Below are positions 49,600 through 58,134 of a stretch of DNA of 64,000 bases, one piece after another. The notes below the pieces were generated by a model. That model was not told where the DNA came from, did no database searches, and saw only the letters and a list, made by a program, of their open reading frames with translations. The position numbers and the translations under genes were made by a program. This DNA comes from Alphaproteobacteria bacterium (GTDB taxonomy: Bacteria > Pseudomonadota > Alphaproteobacteria > UBA7879 > UBA5542). Each line of letters starts with the position of its first letter. Within the stretch, counting starts at the first letter, position 1. The stretch covers positions 81,417 through 145,416 of the forward strand of contig JBAWWO010000002.1 of NCBI GenBank assembly GCA_037146715.1. Reading direction: 5' to 3'.

Positions 49600-51081
49600 A
49601 TGAAATTTTTAATGTTAATCAGCTTTAGTATCATGATGATCTTTTGCTGCCCCTCTTTTGGTGCACATCAAGAAGTAAAAGATTTAACCCCAACTCAAAA
49701 ACTCTTTTTACTAGAAAAAGTCAGAGATGTTGCTGAGTTCCAGAACCTAGAACGAGCTGGTTTCGAAAAAGTTACTCAGTTTATTGCAGAGACTTTAGGG
49801 GAAAAATACGGCCCAACTTTTTGCCCAATGGATCCAAGCTCGTGGGATGAAACTTTATTTTCTTTAATTCGAACTCGACATTATTACAAAGGCATGCCCA
49901 CTTTAGTATCAGAAAATTTTTTCAAATATGATGCTGAAAAATTGCAAAATGGTTTATTTCTGCAAAGAATGCAGGTGCTTTTTTTTCTAGATCGATTAGT
50001 TGCTAATTCTTTGTGTAAAACGACATTTGAAGATATGTGGAAAGATGGGGCAGCTTTTGGAAATTATCCCCCCCACATAATCGCAATCTTAGAGCAAGAC
50101 TTTCAATTATATGGGGGAAATTTGTACAAGGAAAATTATGGAAAAAACAATACGGTTAATACCTTGTTCAAAATCCACAACACTTTCTTTGAAAAAGCTT
50201 TTGATATTTATAGTCTTTTTGCCCCACCAATCACCTTGGAATCTTTTTATACTGAAATTTCACAAGTGGTCAACTGGCGTGGGTGGATCATTCATAATGA
50301 TGTAAATGCTATCTTTAAGGGACTGGGAGAATTGCGCTCATTCCGAGATAGTCCATTAAAAAAACTCCATTTCTTTTCAACAACAAGTCGTGGATTTTGG
50401 CTTCCACAAGAAATCGAGGAAGATTCGGCAGAATTTACTATTGCGATTGAATATAATTTCCCCTATCCCCTTTTAAGTTTAGAACAGAATAGATTTATTA
50501 TTACTAAATCAGTAAAAAAGGATTTCAGAGCATTTGTTTACACTAATTATTCTGCAAATGTCGAAAAATATCTTGTTACGAGGGACCAAAATTTTGCCTC
50601 AAAAAAAGCGGGGATAAATTTTATGAATTCTCCAACAGAAAGAATGGAATTTCTAAGAGATATTTCCAGATTTAGAGACCCCTTGCCTCAATTCACTTAT
50701 GCAAATGCAAATTTTAATGGAATGGCGGGAGAGCAAGATTTCGTAGCAGCAAGAGCTTATCACAAACTTTCTGCAGATCAGGGATTTATGCCAGCTCAAT
50801 TTTCTTATGCGCTGATGTGTAGAAATGGTGAAGGTGGTGACCAAGATCTGCCAGAAGCACGGATGTATTTTAAGCTTGCTGCTGATCAAGAAGAAATGGA
50901 ATCTGAAGTTTGCTATGCCAATATGTGTTATAGAGGCGAAGGAGGTGATCGAAACCTTAAAGAAGCCATTACTTACTATGAACGCGCAGTATCTAAAGGA
51001 AATGCCGCATTTAAGAAAGTTTTAGAGGCTGCTCGATTAGAGCTAAAATCTAATCAATCAGAAATTTCAGAAACTGTTTAG
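49600..51081 (+). CDS. exported protein with C-terminal Sel1-like (TPR-type) repeats
   Basis: Signal peptide MKFLMLISFSIMMIFCCPSFGA. At least three Sel1-type units (A..YHKLSADQGFMPAQFSYALMCRNGEGGDQDLPEARMYFKLAADQ..., ...YANMCYRGEGGDRNLKEAITYYERAVSKGN). Confidence 0.8.
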   Translation: MKFLMLISFSIMMIFCCPSFGAHQEVKDLTPTQKLFLLEKVRDVAEFQNLERAGFEKVTQFIAETLGEKYGPTFCPMDPSSWDETLFSLIRTRHYYKGMPTLVSENFFKYDAEKLQNGLFLQRMQVLFFLDRLVANSLCKTTFEDMWKDGAAFGNYPPHIIAILEQDFQLYGGNLYKENYGKNNTVNTLFKIHNTFFEKAFDIYSLFAPPITLESFYTEISQVVNWRGWIIHNDVNAIFKGLGELRSFRDSPLKKLHFFSTTSRGFWLPQEIEEDSAEFTIAIEYNFPYPLLSLEQNRFIITKSVKKDFRAFVYTNYSANVEKYLVTRDQNFASKKAGINFMNSPTERMEFLRDISRFRDPLPQFTYANANFNGMAGEQDFVAARAYHKLSADQGFMPAQFSYALMCRNGEGGDQDLPEARMYFKLAADQEEMESEVCYANMCYRGEGGDRNLKEAITYYERAVSKGNAAFKKVLEAARLELKSNQSEISETV

Positions 51082-51184
51082 AAAATAAATTTTTCAGATT
51101 TTTTCTTTTCCCTCTATCCAAAAAGGAAAGTCTTCTGTATGTTGGCGGAAAAATAAAGTCTAACATGGAACGTTGGCGGTACTT

Positions 51185-52978
51185 ATGAAATTTTTCTTTC
51201 TTTCTATCCTATTGATAGGCCTGACTTCTTGTAAAAATCCCCCTATTAAAGATGTGACTACAACTCATACCCGTACAGAAATTGGGGATTTTTTGACAGA
51301 AAAAACGTCGATTCCTGAGAAAGAATCATCCTCTACAGAAAATAAAAATACCATGTCCCCGGCTATTTCCCCCATTTTCAATAAGCGGGTTTCTTTGCGC
51401 ATTGATGACACTATGGATGTGAAAGAGATTCTGAAAAAACTAGCTACTCAGGCTAAGATCAGTTTGGTTTTAAACAAAAATGTGGAAGGCAGCGTTAACT
51501 ATCAGGTTGAAAAACAGCCCTTTCTAAAAGTAATTGAAACCATTTGTCACATGGCTAATTTGCGCTATAAAGTTGATCATGAAATTCTGTGGATTGAACG
51601 AGATCTACCCTATCTTAAAACCTATAATGCCCAGTTTCTATCTCTTGAACGCAACACGGAAAATCAAGTTTCTATCAACAGTAATATCTTTGGAAAAACA
51701 GATTCAGATCAAAGCTTAGCTAATGGGTCTTCCAGCATTATTTCAAGTAAAAATAATATTGATTTTTGGGCCGAGTTGGAAAATAGCTTGGCCAATATTT
51801 TGCAGATCTCAAGTTCCCAAACCACCTTTGATGAGGAGCAAGAAATTCATGAAGAAAAGAAAATTTTAAGTGACGATCTGCTGCCCCAAGAAAAAGTAAA
51901 TCGCGTGAGAACTGTTGAGAAAAAGAAAAAAATAGCCTACAAAAAACCATCCTTTTCTATCCATAAACAAGCGGGAATCGTGACTGTTTTTGCGACAGAA
52001 AAGCAGCATAAAATCATTCAAGATTTTATGGCCAATTTACGCAAAAAAACATCAACCCAAATTCTGATTGAAGCCAAGGTAGTGGAAGTTCATTTAAACG
52101 AGGAATACAAAAGCGGCATAGATTGGCAACGGATCGGCCACTATGGAATTGGAGCCTATTCATCTTCGGGCCCTCATAACGGATTCACGGGCGACTTGAA
52201 TGCAACCAGCATGTTGGGGACCATGGCACAAAAGAGATCAGCCCTTGTATCTAACCCAGAAACATCCCAAGTGATTAGTTTGGGGCTAAGTGGGCCATCC
52301 CTTTCTGCCATGCTGAATTTTATGGAAGCTTTTGGAACGGTGCGAACCCTTTCCAGCCCGCGTCTGACTGTTTTAAATAATCAAACGGCCATTTTAAAAG
52401 TGGCAGAAAATTATATCTTTTTTGACATTACCGCAGACCGGCAGTTTCTAAATAGTAGCAACATAAACTATGGCACCCTGGTTTCTGCTACCAGCAAACC
52501 CCGCAGCATTCCGATTGGCCTTGTCATGGCGGTGCAACCGTCTATTGACGAAGAATCCGATGAAGTTATTTTAACATTACGCCCCACTATTTCCAGACTG
52601 ATTGCGACTAAAGAGGATCCGGCTGTTCAGCTGCTCAACCAATCTTTACCCACCCCTTCGGCTAATTTAAAATCTGAATTTCCCGTGGTGGCTGTTCGGG
52701 AAATTGATTCAGTTTTGCGTATAAAATCTGGGGGCATTGCGGTTCTGGGGGGGTTAATGACAGAAGGCGCTGAAACGGGTTCCGCCGGCATCCCCGGAAC
52801 GGCGGATTCGGCTGTTAGTTTTTTAACTACCTCAAAAAGACAGGCGCGAGTGGTTTCTGAATTGGTCATATTTATACGGGCCACCATCCTAAGTGAAAGC
52901 CGCCCTGATGCAGCCGATTTTCGCTTGTATGACAGATTTACGAAAGACCCCAGACCTCTGGAGAATAAACCCGCATGA
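51185..52978 (+). CDS. secretin-family outer-membrane channel lipoprotein (MshL/PilQ-like)
   Basis: Lipobox LIGLTSC. N0-like domain (VSLRIDDTMDVKEILKKLA...ISLVLNKNVEGSV). ILIEAKVVEV N1 motif. Secretin core SSPRLTVLNNQTAILKV...GGIAVLGGLM...ELVIFIRATIL. Confidence 0.88.
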   Translation: MKFFFLSILLIGLTSCKNPPIKDVTTTHTRTEIGDFLTEKTSIPEKESSSTENKNTMSPAISPIFNKRVSLRIDDTMDVKEILKKLATQAKISLVLNKNVEGSVNYQVEKQPFLKVIETICHMANLRYKVDHEILWIERDLPYLKTYNAQFLSLERNTENQVSINSNIFGKTDSDQSLANGSSSIISSKNNIDFWAELENSLANILQISSSQTTFDEEQEIHEEKKILSDDLLPQEKVNRVRTVEKKKKIAYKKPSFSIHKQAGIVTVFATEKQHKIIQDFMANLRKKTSTQILIEAKVVEVHLNEEYKSGIDWQRIGHYGIGAYSSSGPHNGFTGDLNATSMLGTMAQKRSALVSNPETSQVISLGLSGPSLSAMLNFMEAFGTVRTLSSPRLTVLNNQTAILKVAENYIFFDITADRQFLNSSNINYGTLVSATSKPRSIPIGLVMAVQPSIDEESDEVILTLRPTISRLIATKEDPAVQLLNQSLPTPSANLKSEFPVVAVREIDSVLRIKSGGIAVLGGLMTEGAETGSAGIPGTADSAVSFLTTSKRQARVVSELVIFIRATILSESRPDAADFRLYDRFTKDPRPLENKPA

Positions 52979-53625
52979 AAAAACTCTCTTTCTTTATAAA
53001 ACCCGTAAAAAACACTGAAGGCTTTTTGTTGATCGAGGTGGCTATTGCCCTTCTGATTATTGGCTTACTAATAGGGGGTGTTTTAAAGGGGAAGGAATTA
53101 TTGGAAACCTCTAAATTACAAGCCGTTATAAAAAATTTAGAAACTTATCGGGTTGCCACCCAATTGTTTCAAGACCGCTATGGATTTTTGCCCGGAGATT
53201 TTCCTGAGGCGACGACCTATTTGAATTCAACTTTAAAAGATGGAAACGGGAATGGAGCGGTGGAAGATTCTGAATCTAGCCAATTTTGGGCCCATCTATC
53301 TGTATCTGGTTTTCTACAAGCATCTACAAAGGAGGCCCCTCAAGAAAAAATCGGGGGATGCGTCACAGTTGTCCATACTCCAGCCCCAGATCTTCCCGGG
53401 AATTGGTTTCTGTTGGGCGAACGAAATGGATCCAAAAATGATGGAGCACTGTTAACCCCTATTCAGGCAAAGACCCTTTGCCAAAAAATGGATAACCCGA
53501 ATCCGAATGAAGGATCGGTTCAAGTTAAAGATGGTGCTAATGTCCCACCGGGCAGCTGTATTGATCAGGGCCAATTTAATGGAAAAACAAAAAATCCAGC
53601 GTGTGTAGTTTATGTCGCCCTATAA
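52975..53625 (+). CDS. prepilin-type N-terminal domain protein (pilin/pseudopilin-like), 216 aa
   Basis: Class III signal: leader MKKLSFFIKPVKNTEG, then FLLIEVAIALLIIGLL with Glu at +5. The ATGA start overlaps the secretin stop. Confidence 0.8.
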   Translation: MKKLSFFIKPVKNTEGFLLIEVAIALLIIGLLIGGVLKGKELLETSKLQAVIKNLETYRVATQLFQDRYGFLPGDFPEATTYLNSTLKDGNGNGAVEDSESSQFWAHLSVSGFLQASTKEAPQEKIGGCVTVVHTPAPDLPGNWFLLGERNGSKNDGALLTPIQAKTLCQKMDNPNPNEGSVQVKDGANVPPGSCIDQGQFNGKTKNPACVVYVAL

Positions 53626-54385
53626 GCTGCTTAAAAATGATGAAGGATTTTTGTTGATTGAGGTGGCGATCGCTCTGTTGATTATGGGGATTATTCTAGG
53701 GTTTGGGATGCCGAAGATTTTTTCCTATCTAACTTTGCAAAAACGTAAAGAAACAACAGAACGACAGGAACGTATTTTTCATAGCGTTGCTGCTTTTAGC
53801 ATTCAATATGGATACATCCCTTTGCCAGCTGACCCTTATGCTCTACCCGATCAATTTGGGTGGGCACGTTCTAGGGCTTCTTCTGAAAAAGATCTGGTGG
53901 GGTTGGTGCCTTATAAAACCTTGGGACTACCGGCTGACTATAGCAAGGATGGATTTAATCATTATTTCACCTATGCAGGGGGCTGGCCGAATCCTGGGTT
54001 TGTTACTAGAAAAATACAAACAATTTGTCAAATGCGCCTGCCCTTTCCTTTAAATATTTCTTCCTATGCGGGCCCTGATCCCATCCTTCTAACCCTGATC
54101 AGCTATGGGGAAAAAGGGAGGGGAGCTTACAAAGGATCACCAGGGCATTTATATAGAAATAGGGAAGGTTTAACTGCAGGCGAAAAACAAAATGCAGCTG
54201 AAGATTTAGGTTTCATAGATCAGGCACCAACCCCAAATTTTGATCATCATGTGGCCTGGGTAACGGGACGAAATTTAATGGCTATTTATGGAAAGGTTCC
54301 TATGGAGGAATTAAATAAACCTGACACAGATTCTGCTGCCATTTTTACGTCAGGAAATAGACAAACCACTGAAGGTATAGCTTAG
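53612..54385 (+). CDS. prepilin-type N-terminal domain protein (pilin/pseudopilin-like), 257 aa
   Basis: Leader MSPYKLLKNDEG, then FLLIEVAIALLIMGIIL. Overlaps the previous gene by 14 nt. Confidence 0.8.
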   Translation: MSPYKLLKNDEGFLLIEVAIALLIMGIILGFGMPKIFSYLTLQKRKETTERQERIFHSVAAFSIQYGYIPLPADPYALPDQFGWARSRASSEKDLVGLVPYKTLGLPADYSKDGFNHYFTYAGGWPNPGFVTRKIQTICQMRLPFPLNISSYAGPDPILLTLISYGEKGRGAYKGSPGHLYRNREGLTAGEKQNAAEDLGFIDQAPTPNFDHHVAWVTGRNLMAIYGKVPMEELNKPDTDSAAIFTSGNRQTTEGIA

Positions 54386-54400
54386 AAAGGATACTTAATT

Positions 54401-54748
54401 ATGGCAAAAATTTTTATACTGAATCCAAAAGGGGCCAAAAAAACTCCCCAACGCTTCTATGAAATCCCCCACAAGAACAAGCCTATTAAGCAAAAAATTT
54501 CTGTTCGGAAACAACTGAATCATTGGTTGCCTGCTATAGGTGTTGTGTTAGGACTTAGTCTATGTAGTTTATCTTTACTTTTGTACTATTGGGAGCAGCA
54601 AGAAACAATCGTTCTGCCGGATTTAAAGTTGCCCGAAACTTTGTATGTCAGCGATACAAAAAGGCCCAAACCTTTTGTGAATCCACAAGATGATTTGTCA
54701 GTTCCTTTTATTAAAGTAGAAGATGCAGAAGATTTGCACAAGGATTGA
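54401..54748 (+). CDS. small single-pass membrane protein, hypothetical
   Basis: 115 aa with a basic N-terminus and one TM (WLPAIGVVLGLSLCSLSLLLYYW). Lies 15 nt after the second pilin-like gene. Confidence 0.5.
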   Translation: MAKIFILNPKGAKKTPQRFYEIPHKNKPIKQKISVRKQLNHWLPAIGVVLGLSLCSLSLLLYYWEQQETIVLPDLKLPETLYVSDTKRPKPFVNPQDDLSVPFIKVEDAEDLHKD

Positions 54749-54778
54749 GACCCCTCTGGTCAAATTGGGTAAATAATC

Positions 54779-55639
54779 TTATAGTTTTTTCGTTTCAAGC
54801 AACTTCTGATATACTTCCCTTTTTGATTTTCCTAAGGCTTTAGCCAGATGAGTGGCTCCTTCCTTTAGGGAAAAAATTTTCAAGGTATCTTCATAAACTT
54901 TTAGGGATGTTTCTTCTGATAGGGGCTCTGAACTTGGGGCCACAAGGATAACGAATTCTCCCTTAAGATTTATTTGATCCAGCTTTGCCAAAAGGTCAGA
55001 TGTTTGTCCCCCCGTCACCTGTTCGAACTTTTTGGTCAGTTCCTTGGCCAAAACCACAAATCGATCACCTAAGATTTCATGGATGGCAGCCAACGTTGAT
55101 TTGATGCGGGTGGGCCCCTCGTAAAAAATAAGTACAAAGGGAAAGGCCTTATATTGCTCCAAAACTTTTTTCTTGCCCTTGTGGGGCAAAAATCCCCCAA
55201 AGAAAAAACGATCTGTTGGAAGGCCTGATAAAATTAAAGCATTCACAAAGGCTACTGGACCGGGAACGGATGTTACGTGGATCCCCTGTTTTCTGACATC
55301 TTCAACCAGTTTATAGCCCGGGTCTGAGATCAGAGGCGTTCCCGCATCTGATACCAACACAATGATTTTCCCCTTTTTAAGTTCTTCAATAATCTTAGGC
55401 CCCTGACGGTCTTCGTTATGATCATGATAGGACCATAAGGTTTTTTTCAGCCCGAGCATTTTTAGTAAAGCCCCTGTTACACGAGTATCCTCACATAAAA
55501 CCAGGTCTGCTTTTTCAAAAGTTTCCAAGGCTCTAAGACTGAGATCGGCTAGATTTCCAATAGGGGTTGCTACAAGATAAAGACCAGGTCCGAAAGTCTG
55601 ATGGGCCAAAGATTGTTGCAAAATTGTATAATCGATCAT
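54779..55639 (-). CDS. rsmI: 16S rRNA (cytidine1402-2-prime-O)-methyltransferase
   Basis: LYLVATPIGNLADLSLRALE...LCEDTR signature of the tetrapyrrole-methylase-fold RsmI. Confidence 0.9.
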   Translation of the reverse strand: MIDYTILQQSLAHQTFGPGLYLVATPIGNLADLSLRALETFEKADLVLCEDTRVTGALLKMLGLKKTLWSYHDHNEDRQGPKIIEELKKGKIIVLVSDAGTPLISDPGYKLVEDVRKQGIHVTSVPGPVAFVNALILSGLPTDRFFFGGFLPHKGKKKVLEQYKAFPFVLIFYEGPTRIKSTLAAIHEILGDRFVVLAKELTKKFEQVTGGQTSDLLAKLDQINLKGEFVILVAPSSEPLSEETSLKVYEDTLKIFSLKEGATHLAKALGKSKREVYQKLLETKKL

Positions 55640-55710
55640 TTTTCTATTTTAGGAATTGACGCAAGGTAACCACTTGATTACATTCAAGATTATCAGAAAA
55701 ATACAAAAAA

Positions 55711-56520
55711 ATGTCATTAAAAATTTATACGGGTCTACGAGAATTTTATAGCAAGTATGATTACTTCTTGATTGATTTATGGGGAGTAGTTCATAACGGG
55801 CATAATCTTCTGCCCGGGGTTGATATGTGCATCAGCAATCTGAAGGCACATAAAAAAAACATTCTGTTCTTAACGAATTCACCCCGACCTGGTTACGTGT
55901 TAGAAGCCCATCTGAAAGAACTTGGGCTCCCCTTAGATGGTCCCAGGGTTTATAGTTCGGGCGATTCTTGCCTTCAGGCTCTTAAAGAAAATTGGGCCCA
56001 TAAATCATGTTATTTCTTGGGGGATCCAGTTTTTCATGAAAGTATTGTGAAGGCGATTCCCGGTCCCGTAGTTACTTCCATAGAAAAAGCTGACTATGTT
56101 TTGATGACTGGCATTCCTGGAACAACGGCCTATGTGATAGAAGAATCTTTAAAACTTGGTTTGCCTTTAATTTGTGCAAATCCCGATAAATCGGCCATCC
56201 ATGGCACTACACAAGTGATGTGTCCTGGCACTGTGGCGGACGATTATGAAAAACAGGGTGGGAAAGTCTATTATTTTGGGAAACCTTATCCTTCTATTTA
56301 TGAGCAAGCTTTGAAAAATTTGGGGCCCCCCCCTAAAGACAAAGTGCTGGCCATTGGGGATGGCTTGTTTACAGATATTTTGGGGGCTACAGGGGTTGGG
56401 ATAGATTGTGTGTTTATTCAGGCGGGTCTGTATCACAGCCTTTCTTTAGAATCTATTGAAAAAATCTGTAAAGATAATCAGATGATGCCAACTTATGGAC
56501 TTGAACGATTGAATTGGTAG
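55711..56520 (+). CDS. HAD-superfamily subfamily IIA hydrolase (TIGR01459-like)
   Basis: FLIDLWGVVHNG (DxxG nucleophile region), LTNSPR, GKP, IGDGLFTDILGA. Confidence 0.85.
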   Translation: MSLKIYTGLREFYSKYDYFLIDLWGVVHNGHNLLPGVDMCISNLKAHKKNILFLTNSPRPGYVLEAHLKELGLPLDGPRVYSSGDSCLQALKENWAHKSCYFLGDPVFHESIVKAIPGPVVTSIEKADYVLMTGIPGTTAYVIEESLKLGLPLICANPDKSAIHGTTQVMCPGTVADDYEKQGGKVYYFGKPYPSIYEQALKNLGPPPKDKVLAIGDGLFTDILGATGVGIDCVFIQAGLYHSLSLESIEKICKDNQMMPTYGLERLNW

Positions 56521-56591
56521 CGGAGGAGGGATTCGAACCCCCGACACATGGATTATGATTCCACCGCTCTAACCGACTGAGCTACTCCGCC
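56515..56591 (-). tRNA. tRNA with anticodon CAT (elongator Met, or Ile2 if lysidine-modified)
   Basis: Manual fold: GGCGGAG-TA-GCTC-AGTCGGTTA-GAGC-G-GTGGA-ATCATAA-TCCAT-GTGTC-GGGGG-TTCGAAT-CCCTC-CTCCGCT-A-CCA. There is no initiator-type GGG/CCC anticodon stem. Confidence 0.88.
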
Positions 56592-56676
56592 AAAAGTCTA
56601 GCTCGTTTCTTTAAACTTCGCTGACTTGTTCTCACTACACTTGATCTATAAGGGGTCAATAATGTAGTGTCAAGAG

Positions 56677-57351
56677 ATGATGATCGGAAAAGTAAAAATA
56701 TCCCCTTCTATTTTAGCTGCAGATTTTGCTCAACTGGGGGCTGAAATACAGGCTGTTGAAATGGCCGGCGCTGACCGCATTCATATTGATATTATGGATG
56801 GTCATTTTGTACCTAATTTAACCATGGGACCTGCTGTAGTTAAATCAATTCGTCCCCATACGCAACTGCCTTTTGAAGTTCATTTGATGGTCACAAATCC
56901 AGAGTTATTTTTAGGAGCCTTTGCGAAAGCAGGCGCTGATATGCTGATTGTTCATGCAGAATTAGCCATGGTGGAATCTTATATTCATCAGATAAAATCC
57001 TTGGGAAGAAAAGTGGGAGTTTCTATCAATCCTGAAACAGATGTTGATGGCATCCTGCCCTATCTTGACCAATTGGATCAGGTCCTGATTATGACGGTTT
57101 CACCTGGATTCGGGGGGCAAGAATTTCAAGAAGAGTGCCTGGAAAAATTGAGAATATTGCGCCAAATCAGAGATCAACAGAGCTTAAAAATTGAATTTTC
57201 TGTAGACGGGGGAGTCAACGAATCAACAGCACCCTTGGCTATTCAAATGGGCGCAGACGTGCTGGTGGCAGGAACCAGTATTTTTTCCAGGGGCGCCCAC
57301 GGCTATAAACAGGCTATTCAGTCCTTAAGAGGATCTACTTTGCTACACTAA
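56677..57351 (+). CDS. rpe: ribulose-phosphate 3-epimerase
   Basis: ISPSILAADFAQLG, HIDIMDGHFVPNLT, MTV.PGFGGQ.F, DGG. Confidence 0.95.
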   Translation: MMIGKVKISPSILAADFAQLGAEIQAVEMAGADRIHIDIMDGHFVPNLTMGPAVVKSIRPHTQLPFEVHLMVTNPELFLGAFAKAGADMLIVHAELAMVESYIHQIKSLGRKVGVSINPETDVDGILPYLDQLDQVLIMTVSPGFGGQEFQEECLEKLRILRQIRDQQSLKIEFSVDGGVNESTAPLAIQMGADVLVAGTSIFSRGAHGYKQAIQSLRGSTLLH

Positions 57352-57865
57352 CCATGGCTGGGCGTAGCAATCGTCCTGAAAGCGTGTATCCCTTTTGAAA
57401 AACTTCCAAAACCGTGTTCGATGCATGATTTCCATCTTCTAACTGGGCCACAGCTTGGTGCAGGGCCGGGTCAAAATTTTGGTGAAGAGGGTTCACCACT
57501 TCAATTTTGTGGCGGCTAAAAACTTTAGACAGTTCTGTTTGAGTGAGCAAAAGACCATCACATAGAACTTTTAAGAATCCCTCTTTCTCACGTTCTTCGG
57601 CGGGAATGCTGCTAAGGGCACGATCTAATGTGTCGCTGATGACAAGAAGATCACGGGCAAAGTTAGTGATGGCATATTTCTGTGTATCTTCTTTTTCTTT
57701 GTGGCCGCGCTTTTGTGTGTTTTCTACCTCAGCCAATGCGCGAAGCAATTGATTTCTGAGCAGAGAAATTTCCTCTTCAAAATTCTTTTCAGGAGCCTGC
57801 GGGGAATCTTCTGCTTGTTCAGATTCTTCCATCATATTTTCTTCAAGGGGATGATCTTTTTCCAT
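57335..57865 (-). CDS. grpE: nucleotide exchange factor GrpE
   Basis: LLRALAEVENTQKR...AITNFARDLL...DTLDRAL and a beta C-domain. The start is taken at MEKDHP because the longer track ORF overlaps tRNA-Pro. Confidence 0.9.
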   Translation of the reverse strand: MEKDHPLEENMMEESEQAEDSPQAPEKNFEEEISLLRNQLLRALAEVENTQKRGHKEKEDTQKYAITNFARDLLVISDTLDRALSSIPAEEREKEGFLKVLCDGLLLTQTELSKVFSRHKIEVVNPLHQNFDPALHQAVAQLEDGNHASNTVLEVFQKGYTLSGRLLRPAMVSVAK

Positions 57866-57887
57866 CGTGTCGACTTTCTTCTTTTTA

Positions 57888-57965
<78 letters not shown>

Positions 57966-58134
57966 CATCACTGACAAAGTAAATACCATTAAGTAGCCTC
58001 ATTGGGCAAGCTAAATTTTCGATATAGCCGATTCCTTATAAAGGACATATGTCGTTCAACTAGGTTTTACTAAGCCTCTCTCCTCGTGCCTCGTATCCTT
58101 TAAAGTAATCTAGCTATAGCTTGTTTCTTATAAG

